In this document: positions 56,342 through 64,000 of the stretch, in pieces
Position numbering within the stretch: the first letter of the stretch is position 1
Layout of the letters: every line of letters starts with the position of its first letter
IMG/VR virus record: IMGVR_UViG_3300045256_000567
Direction: 5' to 3' (one strand)
Length of the DNA stretch: 64,000 nt
Origin: a virus
Translations under genes and position numbers: made by a program
The notes under the pieces: model-generated
The model's input: the letters and a program-made list of their open reading frames with translations, nothing else
The model's database searches: none
Told to the model about the DNA's origin: nothing

Positions 56342-56914
56342 ATGGGCTTCTCACTATTTTTAGACGTTGCCTTAAGAAATACAGGTCTCGCATTAATTGA
56401 GGATTTGAACATCATAAATTTAGATATTATTAAATATAAAAACAGTTTTGACGGAATAGATTTTGTATCTATAGACGGGCACAGAAAGTTTTTAGTTAAA
56501 AACTTTAAAGAATTAAAGGAAAATTATAAAATAAAAAAACTAGATAGAATTTTTTTAGAAGCAGATGTTTTTGGATTTAGGAAGGGGGGGTTTAAAATAA
56601 AAGAACTAATGACTATAGTAAGAATTAATTATGCATTTTCATTACAGCAAGTTTTTAATTTAAATGCTAAGTATATAAAATTTATACCAGCACATATTTG
56701 GAAAAAAGAACTTTTCGGGTCTTCCAATATAAAAAAGCCTTTATATAAAGACTTTGTTATTAGTAAAGTTGAAGAAATAACATGCAGCACATTAAATAAA
56801 AAAATTTCTCACGATATAGTTGATTCTTTAGGAATCTTTTTATATGATTACAAAATGTCTTGCGGGAATTGTAATGATAATCTCGTTTTTTCTCCTCCTG
56901 ATGGACAATACTGA
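56342..56914 (+). CDS. RuvC-like Holliday junction resolvase
   Basis: FLDVALRNTG, IFLE, WKK, HDIVDSLGI. Confidence 0.75.
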   Translation: MGFSLFLDVALRNTGLALIEDLNIINLDIIKYKNSFDGIDFVSIDGHRKFLVKNFKELKENYKIKKLDRIFLEADVFGFRKGGFKIKELMTIVRINYAFSLQQVFNLNAKYIKFIPAHIWKKELFGSSNIKKPLYKDFVISKVEEITCSTLNKKISHDIVDSLGIFLYDYKMSCGNCNDNLVFSPPDGQY

Positions 56915-57001
56915 TACATATGTAGGTTAAAAACCACTTAAAAACTTTCCTCAATTAACCATCTAAAAAATGTGCTAACATAGAAAATCCAAGGAGAATA
57001 T

Positions 57002-59398
57002 ATGGATATATTAGATCGTTATTTATTAGTTGACGAAGGTAAATACAACTATGAGGAAATTGATAACTTTTTGATTGATATTTTTAACAAATTTTCAAAC
57101 AACAGATCAAAGTTTATAAGTAGCTTTGAAGAAGCATTAAATTATGGAGAACCAGAAAATTATCTTGATAAAGAAACTATTGATAACGCATTTAATGCTT
57201 TAAATAAAAGCGGATTAATTGATCAAATTAAAAACTCTCTAAAAAGTTTTTACAAAACAGAAGATTTAATAGAAGATTTCTTTTTACAAAATATTTCATA
57301 TGAGGTTTATTCTCAAAAATATCAATTAAAGTACAAAGACATTGACAACGAAATGTATCCCGTTGATAAAACTCCATTTCATACTATAGCTAGGGTAGCC
57401 CTAGCAGTATCTTTGGTTAGTACTAGGTACAGTACTAAAATTGATTACAAGACATTTAGAAATTTGTTTGTTAACTTTTTTTACATGCTCGCTATGGGAT
57501 ATAGCGCTGGTGGTGGAAGGATTATGGCAAATGCTGGTTCTTCAGTTTATAAAACTGCTACTTCTCTCATTAATTGTACTGTTATGAGTCAAATCCCTGA
57601 TTCTATGGAAGGAATTATGGATGTTTTAAAAGATGCCGCGCTTTCTTTGAAAAGCGGAGCTGGCGTTGGTTATGATTTTTCAACTATTAGACCTAAAGGT
57701 TCATTTGTGCAAGGTGCAGGTGCAGATACCTCGGGCGTTACATCTTTTGTAGAAATTTATGACAAGATGTGCTCTACTATTATGTCTGCTGGAGGCAGAC
57801 GAGGAGCACAAATGGCTGTTATTGATATACAGCATCCTGAATCTATAGAATTTTTTCAAGCAAAAAGAAAAGATGGAACTTTACGTTACTTTAACATTTC
57901 CTTGGCTCTAACGGATAAATTTATTAATGCAGTGAAAAATGATTTAGATTTTGAGCAATGGTTTTGGGAGTTTGATTCTTTTATTCCAAAAGATGAGTTG
58001 ATAAGAGATATGACGTTTAAGAATGAAAAAGTGGCAATTGTAAAAAAAGAAAGAACACCATTTGATTATTCTGATTTTAATTATTTTGTTTTTGAAGATT
58101 CTCATATGCTAATGAAATATGAAAAAGTGACTGAAGGGTTTGTAAAAGTTTATAAAAAGAAAGTATACAATAACACAAAGGCATCAGAACTATATGATGT
58201 AATAATGAATTCTACATATGATTATGCAGAACCCGGAATCATCTTTATAGATAGAATTAACGAAAACAACATTTTAAATGAAAAAGAATATATAAGAACA
58301 ACCAATCCATGCGGTGAGCAGCCTTTACCACCATATGGTTCGTGTAATCTTGGATCTATTTTTGTTCACCGATTCGTAAAATCTCCTTTTTCCAAAGAAG
58401 AACATAATAATAATTTTGATTTTGAAAACCTGGAAAAAACAGCATTTTTAATGAACATTTTCCTTGATTTTGTCAATGATATTACTAATTTGCCCTTGGT
58501 AGATTTAAAAAGAAACGCATACGTAAAGCGTAGACATGGACTTGGAATTTCTGGAATTGCAGATTTGTTTATTATGAGCGGATTAATTTATGGAGAAAAA
58601 GAATCTATTGATTTTACTGAAAATATTATGAAAACAATACAAAAAAGCTCGCTTATTGCAAATATATATATGTCCAACCTTATTTCTCCTGCACAGATTG
58701 ATATTAGCGTAAAAGATTGGTTTAGAGTTTTTCCACATTTAAAAAACCACGTTAATGAAATATCTTCCATATTTTCTGAGGATAAAGATAGTATAGAAAA
58801 TCTTCCTCTAAGATTTTCTCACGGAACTTCTATTGCCCCTACCGGAACTATGTCATTAACTTGGGGAAACAATGTAGCTAATGGTATCGAACCAGTATTT
58901 TCTATATCGTATCTAAGAAACATAAGAGTACCAGGAAAGAAAACTAAGGTTCAGGAAGAAGTATTTGATTTTGCAGCAATTCTTTATAAAAATATGTTTG
59001 GTAATTTTAAGAAAGAAGATTATTTTGTAACAACAGATGAGATTACAGTACAACAACACGTTAATGTGCAAGCTGCGGCACAAAAATATGTAGATTCTGC
59101 TATTTCAAAAACCTGCAATATTCCAACTGATTATCCTTTTGAAGATTTTAAAAAGGCTTACCTATCAGCACATGAAATGAGGTTAAAAGGATTTACAACA
59201 TTTAGATTTAATCCAAAGTTTTCTGTAGGAGTTCTTGTTAAAGAAAAAGATTTAGAAAATATGTCTATTGAGTTTGAGTTAGATAATGGAGAAAAAATTG
59301 TAGTAAAAGGTTCTGAAAAGGTGTTTTATGATGGGGAAGAGCATGTAGCTGCAAACCTTTATGAAGCAATAAAAGAAAACATCTATGGAAAAATGTGA
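57002..59398 (+). CDS. nrdJ: Class II (adenosylcobalamin-dependent) ribonucleotide reductase, large part
   Basis: GGRIMANAG, INC, RRGAQM, TNPCGEQPL, APTGT, AISKTCN. Confidence 0.9.
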   Translation: MDILDRYLLVDEGKYNYEEIDNFLIDIFNKFSNNRSKFISSFEEALNYGEPENYLDKETIDNAFNALNKSGLIDQIKNSLKSFYKTEDLIEDFFLQNISYEVYSQKYQLKYKDIDNEMYPVDKTPFHTIARVALAVSLVSTRYSTKIDYKTFRNLFVNFFYMLAMGYSAGGGRIMANAGSSVYKTATSLINCTVMSQIPDSMEGIMDVLKDAALSLKSGAGVGYDFSTIRPKGSFVQGAGADTSGVTSFVEIYDKMCSTIMSAGGRRGAQMAVIDIQHPESIEFFQAKRKDGTLRYFNISLALTDKFINAVKNDLDFEQWFWEFDSFIPKDELIRDMTFKNEKVAIVKKERTPFDYSDFNYFVFEDSHMLMKYEKVTEGFVKVYKKKVYNNTKASELYDVIMNSTYDYAEPGIIFIDRINENNILNEKEYIRTTNPCGEQPLPPYGSCNLGSIFVHRFVKSPFSKEEHNNNFDFENLEKTAFLMNIFLDFVNDITNLPLVDLKRNAYVKRRHGLGISGIADLFIMSGLIYGEKESIDFTENIMKTIQKSSLIANIYMSNLISPAQIDISVKDWFRVFPHLKNHVNEISSIFSEDKDSIENLPLRFSHGTSIAPTGTMSLTWGNNVANGIEPVFSISYLRNIRVPGKKTKVQEEVFDFAAILYKNMFGNFKKEDYFVTTDEITVQQHVNVQAAAQKYVDSAISKTCNIPTDYPFEDFKKAYLSAHEMRLKGFTTFRFNPKFSVGVLVKEKDLENMSIEFELDNGEKIVVKGSEKVFYDGEEHVAANLYEAIKENIYGKM

Positions 59399-59407
59399 AA
59401 GGTGTAT

Positions 59408-60067
59408 ATGGTTGATATATCAAGTAAAATTTTAAATGTAAAGCTCTTAGAGAGCAGCAAAACAAATGAAAAAATCGAAAATCTTTCAACAACAGACAAT
59501 ACATCCTGCAATGAAACTCAAAAAGATACTTTAACAAGAGAAGACATAGTAAAAGGATTCACAATTAGAATTAAATACAATGAAGCTTCATATTATTTTG
59601 TTCTGAATTTTAATTCAAATAAAGAACTAGTAGAACTTTTTGTAAATTCTTCTACAACTTCTCCAGAAATTAATGCATTTATTCAAACGGTGGCAAGATT
59701 GGTTTCAAACTTATTAAAGTATAAGGTTCCAATAGATAAGATAATTAAGCACCTTGATGGAGTTGATTCCGGTCAAGTTTACATATGTCGTTTTCCTGGT
59801 AAGGATAAAGGTAAATTTATAAAAAGTATCCCTGATCTAATATCTAAAGTTCTTACTTATTATTCCGATTACGATTTTGTTCAATCTCTTATTTCAAATA
59901 ATAACTTTGAATCAGAACAAAATAATAATTCAGATATAAAAGAAGAGAAAAAAGAAATTAATAAAAAGAAAAATTCTTTTACTTGCCCATCTTGTGGTGA
60001 AAATAATGTTAAGATAGAGGAGGGCTGTCTTACTTGTTTGGATTGCGGGTGGAGTAAGTGTAGTTAA
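59408..60067 (+). CDS. NrdJb-like (TSCPD) RNR C-terminal subunit with zinc ribbon
   Basis: ELFVN...ARLVS, SIPD, CPSCG...EEGCLTCLDCGWSKCS. Confidence 0.85.
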   Translation: MVDISSKILNVKLLESSKTNEKIENLSTTDNTSCNETQKDTLTREDIVKGFTIRIKYNEASYYFVLNFNSNKELVELFVNSSTTSPEINAFIQTVARLVSNLLKYKVPIDKIIKHLDGVDSGQVYICRFPGKDKGKFIKSIPDLISKVLTYYSDYDFVQSLISNNNFESEQNNNSDIKEEKKEINKKKNSFTCPSCGENNVKIEEGCLTCLDCGWSKCS

Positions 60068-60105
60068 AAATTTAAATTTATGATATAGTATTAGTGAGGA
60101 GGTTT

Positions 60106-60567
60106 ATGCGCGAGTTTGAAGTAATTGATAATTGGACTAAAGAAGTAGAAGAACAGTATAATAGATTACACAAAAGGTATATTGAATTGGAAAAAAATAT
60201 AGAAGAGTTGAGTGCAGAGGAAAAGAAACTTGAAGATAAATGGAGGCATTTAAATCAAAACATTAGATTTTGTGAAATTTTAGAAAAATCACTAGATTTA
60301 GACAGATCTTTTGATAATAACCACACTTACTATAATGTTGAAAATAACAATAGAAGAGACGCGATTAAATTTTTAAAGAACGAACTTCAAAGCAAATCTC
60401 AAATAAAATATAACGAACTAAAAGCAGTTGAAGAAAAACTAGAATATTTAAAAAAAGAATATGAAGTCGTTAAAGCAAAAATGAGTAGTTATAGTAGTTT
60501 GCTTAATTACTTAAATCCAGTAAACAACACATTAAATAAAATAATGCTTAATCAAGAGGATTTTTAG
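60106..60567 (+). CDS. Coiled-coil hypothetical protein
   Basis: E/K-rich heptads; GAGGAGG SD. Confidence 0.7.
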   Translation: MREFEVIDNWTKEVEEQYNRLHKRYIELEKNIEELSAEEKKLEDKWRHLNQNIRFCEILEKSLDLDRSFDNNHTYYNVENNNRRDAIKFLKNELQSKSQIKYNELKAVEEKLEYLKKEYEVVKAKMSSYSSLLNYLNPVNNTLNKIMLNQEDF

Positions 60568-60605
60568 GCGCTAAGCAAATAAAAAAATTAATCTAGGAGA
60601 ACGAA

Positions 60606-60806
60606 ATGGACATAAATAAGCTAAACGAAGAAAGAGAACAGCTTTTAAACGAGCTAGCTAGAGTTGAAAAAATGCTAAAAGACCTAGAAACTAGAAAAAA
60701 GCTAGTAAGCGAAAGATTAATTTATCTAGAAGGTGCATTAGATGCAATAAGAACTATACAAATTCAACAACAATCCGCACCAAACGAAGAAATTGTTAAT
60801 ATTTAA
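60606..60806 (+). CDS. Small coiled-coil protein
   Basis: 66 aa, AGGAG SD. Confidence 0.7.
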   Translation: MDINKLNEEREQLLNELARVEKMLKDLETRKKLVSERLIYLEGALDAIRTIQIQQQSAPNEEIVNI

Positions 60807-60817
60807 AGGAGACAAAA

Positions 60818-61261
60818 ATGCTTTTAGATCAAAATGGAAACCCAATTATTACCGAATCGGAAAAAAAGAACATGTACGTCCCATCTTTTTTAGGTGTGTA
60901 TACTGCTGTTTATGAAAATAAACAAGTCGTAACGGAAAATCAACAACCAGCTTTTATTCTAATGTTTATTGTTCCTACAAAAAAATTTGAACTATATTCT
61001 CAAAATACAGAAGTTTTAGTAAATATAATCAGGAGTCAATTAGTAAATTACTATGTTTCAGATTTTCTAAAAAAAGATTTAAAAAATATTTCTCAAGAAG
61101 AACTTGAAAAACTAGCTTTGGATTTTATGTCAAATTACAAAGTAGAAATTTCTCCACAAGGAATTCCAATGGATTACGTAACTGTAGATAACATTGATGA
61201 AAAAGAAATTCTTAAGGAACTAGAAGCAATCAAAACTGAAGAAAAAGATAACCAAAATTAA
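60818..61261 (+). CDS. Hypothetical protein
   Basis: 147 aa, AAGGAG SD. Confidence 0.7.
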   Translation: MLLDQNGNPIITESEKKNMYVPSFLGVYTAVYENKQVVTENQQPAFILMFIVPTKKFELYSQNTEVLVNIIRSQLVNYYVSDFLKKDLKNISQEELEKLALDFMSNYKVEISPQGIPMDYVTVDNIDEKEILKELEAIKTEEKDNQN

Positions 61262-61276
61262 AAATAAGGAAAAAAT

Positions 61277-61618
61277 ATGCTAAAAGAAGTTTTTTCTTCA
61301 GTACAATTAATAAATTCTGTTTTAATAAGAATATCAAAAAGTGAGGAAAGATACACCCAAAGTGGCTTATTTATTCCAGTGGACGATAAACCTACAAATT
61401 ATGGACTTCTTTTAAAAAAATCGTCTTTTGTAACAAAGGAGTTTGAGAATTTTAATGAAGTACTAAATTCAATGGACGAAGGATGCACAGTTTTTTTTAA
61501 CGCAAAAGCTACATATAATGTGATTGAATTAGATGTAGGTATAAATGATAACAATTCAAAGTATTTAATAGTTCCGCTAGATCAGATACAGGCGTTTTCG
61601 GTCACACCGAAAGGCTGA
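61277..61618 (+). CDS. groES: GroES-like co-chaperonin
   Basis: VLIR...EERYTQSGLFIP mobile loop; G.TVFF; YLIV...I.A. Confidence 0.75.
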   Translation: MLKEVFSSVQLINSVLIRISKSEERYTQSGLFIPVDDKPTNYGLLLKKSSFVTKEFENFNEVLNSMDEGCTVFFNAKATYNVIELDVGINDNNSKYLIVPLDQIQAFSVTPKG

Positions 61619-61632
61619 AAATAGGAGGTGTT

Positions 61633-61842
61633 GTGGACATAGTAGTTAAAACTAAGGAATCATGTTCGTGTAAATTTGTTGATACATTTCGGGTTATTAA
61701 TAATGAAGGGGTTTTTAAACTATATGTTAATGGAGTATTAATTGGGGATGGTATAGAAAAAATAAAAAATTTTTTCGAGAATATAAAAGAAAACTTAGAT
61801 TTAGAGGATTACAATAAAGTAATTAAATTTTTGGAGTTCTGA
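61633..61842 (+). CDS. Hypothetical protein
   Basis: 69 aa, AGGAGG SD. Confidence 0.65.
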   Translation: MDIVVKTKESCSCKFVDTFRVINNEGVFKLYVNGVLIGDGIEKIKNFFENIKENLDLEDYNKVIKFLEF

Positions 61843-61844
61843 AA

Positions 61845-62324
61845 ATGTTATTGTCTCCACTAGAAGTACTAATCCTTGTTTCTTCTATAAGTTTCTTTAT
61901 TGTATATGTATATATAGTATATATAAAACATGCCTTTAAAATATTTAGCTCGCATTTTTCTGAATTAAATCATTGTTTTATATGTTTGGGGTTTTGGATC
62001 TCTTTATTTTATTTTGTTTTTTTGAATTATAGAATAGATTATTCAATTGATATATTGAGTAATTTTTTTGCATTTCTTTTTATTATATTAGGTTCTTTGT
62101 ATTCTTATAAAGAAAGCTCTTTGTTTAATTTTGTAAAAGAAAGAAAAATTTTTCCTTTTAATTTAGGTAAATTTGGTTTATTTTTGTCATTATCTTTTCC
62201 TATTTGGATGATTTTAATTTTAATGTTAATAATTAAAACTCCACTTTATATTATTTCTTATTCCGTAGCATCTTCATTTTTTATACTTATATACAAAAAA
62301 ACTTTGGAGGCTCTTGATGGTTAA
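61845..62324 (+). CDS. Membrane protein (DUF1360-like CxxCxxxW motif)
   Basis: Multiple TM segments; CFICLGFWIS. Confidence 0.6.
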   Translation: MLLSPLEVLILVSSISFFIVYVYIVYIKHAFKIFSSHFSELNHCFICLGFWISLFYFVFLNYRIDYSIDILSNFFAFLFIILGSLYSYKESSLFNFVKERKIFPFNLGKFGLFLSLSFPIWMILILMLIIKTPLYIISYSVASSFFILIYKKTLEALDG

Positions 62325-62622
62325 TGTAAAAACTGATGAAATAATAAAAACCATAGTACCTTCGCTAAATAAATCAAATACAAATAAAATATTTTTTAAA
62401 AAGTCTTTAACTAGCTTTAATAAATTAAAGAAAATATTAGCAAAAGAGTTAAATTTAGAAGGAGATTATAATTTTTCTTCTATAGGATTTCCTATAAATG
62501 AACTTATTTCAATTCTGTATAATAAGGAAGAGTGGGGAAAAAATGAAGTTAAATTGTTAGATACACAATTTTCAGATTATGTTGTAAAATATCTATTGAA
62601 AAGGGTAGCAGAACTTTTTTAG
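62317..62622 (+). CDS. Hypothetical protein
   Basis: ~101 aa, GGAGG SD. Confidence 0.65.
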   Translation: MVNVKTDEIIKTIVPSLNKSNTNKIFFKKSLTSFNKLKKILAKELNLEGDYNFSSIGFPINELISILYNKEEWGKNEVKLLDTQFSDYVVKYLLKRVAELF

Positions 62623-62630
62623 GTGCAAAA

Positions 62631-62969
62631 ATGGAAACTAAAAAAGAAAATATAAAAGAAGTAAAATTAGTATTGTTTTTATCTAGATCATGCGCTCATT
62701 GTAAAAAACTTATTTCTGAAAATGCAGAATTTATTTTTGATTCAGGAATTGAACAAATATTTTCAGAAGAAGAAAATTTTAAAAATAAATATAAAAAAAT
62801 TCATGACTTTTTTTTAAAAACAAATCCAGAGCTTGCTAAGTATGAATATATAACTCCTGTATTGGGTATTTTTGATAAAAATGATAATGTTGTTCAAGTT
62901 ATACCAGGATATAATTTAGTAAAAGAACAGTTTGATTCCATAAAAAACAAGGTGAAGGTTAGTGAATAA
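62631..62969 (+). CDS. Thioredoxin/glutaredoxin-like protein
   Basis: CAHC active site and cis-Pro motif ITP. Confidence 0.75.
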   Translation: METKKENIKEVKLVLFLSRSCAHCKKLISENAEFIFDSGIEQIFSEEENFKNKYKKIHDFFLKTNPELAKYEYITPVLGIFDKNDNVVQVIPGYNLVKEQFDSIKNKVKVSE

Positions 62970-63411
62970 ATTATTAGAACTTTATTATAAAAATAATTCT
63001 CAAAAAGATCAAAGTTTAATAATTGATCTTACTAAGTTATCGCGCATAAGCAATGTATCAGAGTATTTTACAATACAAACATATGTAGATGATTATTTAA
63101 TTTCAACTATAACCAATAACGCAGTTTTATCATCTTTAAATTCTTTTGTTTATACAATTGAAAACAAAATTCCCAGCAATTCAGAACTGATTTTAGAGAT
63201 AAACACAATATCAAATGAATATATAGTACATATGTTTGACTTTGGTAATTTCAATATTGTAGAATTTTCAAAAAATTATGAAATCAATATAAAAAATATG
63301 TTAAACTTAGATAAGTTTGTAGTAAATTATATTAGACCGCAAAGTTTAGTTGTAAATGTCTCTGATTTAATTTTAATAAATTATTTATCAAAATCATTAG
63401 ACATACAATAG
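62962..63411 (+). CDS. Hypothetical protein
   Basis: 149-aa ORF. Confidence 0.65.
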   Translation: MNKLLELYYKNNSQKDQSLIIDLTKLSRISNVSEYFTIQTYVDDYLISTITNNAVLSSLNSFVYTIENKIPSNSELILEINTISNEYIVHMFDFGNFNIVEFSKNYEINIKNMLNLDKFVVNYIRPQSLVVNVSDLILINYLSKSLDIQ

Positions 63412-63417
63412 GTATAT

Positions 63418-64000
63418 ATGCCATATTACTTTACAATAGCGCAAAAAACGGGATCTTCTAACAGATTTTTATGTGTTTCAGATACACCTATAACGGGAAA
63501 TAATTTACCATCTACAGCTACATGCGTTAAATTGCAATCTCAAGGTACAGATGAGGGGTATTGTCCGCCTTCCGGTACCGATTTGCCTAAGAAAAACTAT
63601 ATTACATACGATGCAAGCAATAATTCAATTACCTTATATAAAGCTAATGCTGGGCAAAATTGCTCTGTAAATTATAGTCCTGTTACTATACAGTTAGGTA
63701 AACAGTCTAATTATTTGTATTTTAGAGCTATGATTTTGTACTCATTTTCAATGAAAAATTATAGTGTGGCTCCTTGGGATACATCTACAGCTCCTTCTTC
63801 TGATAGAGCAAAATTAAGCCCGTTTTCTATAGAAGCTTGGTATTTTCAATTTGACTCTTTAGAAGACGCAATTAATTGGAATAATCCTAAAAATTATTAT
63901 TTAACTCCTTTAGCTCCAAATGCAGTAACATCTATTTATTCAAATGGTAGTGAAACACTAGCAAGAGGAGTTGGTTGGGCTAGAGAGCCCTGGTATATTA
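63418..64000 (+). CDS. Probable virion protein, truncated by window edge
   Basis: Frame starting MPYYFTIAQKTGSS that appears open to the window end. Confidence 0.6.
   Translation, partial: MPYYFTIAQKTGSSNRFLCVSDTPITGNNLPSTATCVKLQSQGTDEGYCPPSGTDLPKKNYITYDASNNSITLYKANAGQNCSVNYSPVTIQLGKQSNYLYFRAMILYSFSMKNYSVAPWDTSTAPSSDRAKLSPFSIEAWYFQFDSLEDAINWNNPKNYYLTPLAPNAVTSIYSNGSETLARGVGWAREPWYI

Noticed and set aside
57002-59398. Intein or intron in RNR, DnaB or RecA
   Set aside because: Lengths and motif spacing look near-normal, with no C/S...HN intein boundaries or homing endonuclease motifs seen.
1-64000. CRISPR array
   Set aside because: The ~38-bp palindromes are dispersed singly. No tandem repeat-spacer array was seen; the only tandem end motif is the single GTCGTCAC duplication at 56064-56086.
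1-64000. TnpA (Y1 HUH or serine) transposase, or an IStron group I intron
   Set aside because: No ORF with HUH/Y1 or serine-recombinase motifs was recognised. The elements are intergenic and lack space for an intron core. TnpA may lie outside the window or in the host.

Overview
This is an AT-rich, gene-dense segment of a large tailed dsDNA phage. Its gene set (family A polymerase, DnaG, DnaB, RecA, Rad52-like annealase, ThyX, dUTPase, IMPDH/GMPR-like, dNMP kinase, class II RNR, PrkA-YeaH-SpoVR, portal, virion genes, lysin, two tRNAs) resembles the Thermus phiYS40/TMA-type myoviruses; the host assignment is inference. The most striking feature is a pervasive IS200/IS605-family system with no TnpA in the window. 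(i) Three TnpB genes with intact RuvC motifs are near-identical except in the predicted TAM-reading segments. (ii) Two identical 178-bp non-coding cassettes look like stand-alone omegaRNA genes, each with its own promoter and a different guide. (iii) About a dozen left-end (LE) copies sit next to TTAT/TTAC, mostly inside -10 boxes, and many rebuild an outward-facing -10 or extended -10 promoter for the neighbouring phage gene. (iv) Four 38-bp right-end (RE) palindromes lie at gene ends, some supplying the stop codon. The guide of the third TnpB matches the LE family itself. Together these suggest that transposon ends have been domesticated as promoter/terminator parts, combined with a multi-guide RNA-guided nuclease. 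All calls come from reading motifs by eye; no searches were run.
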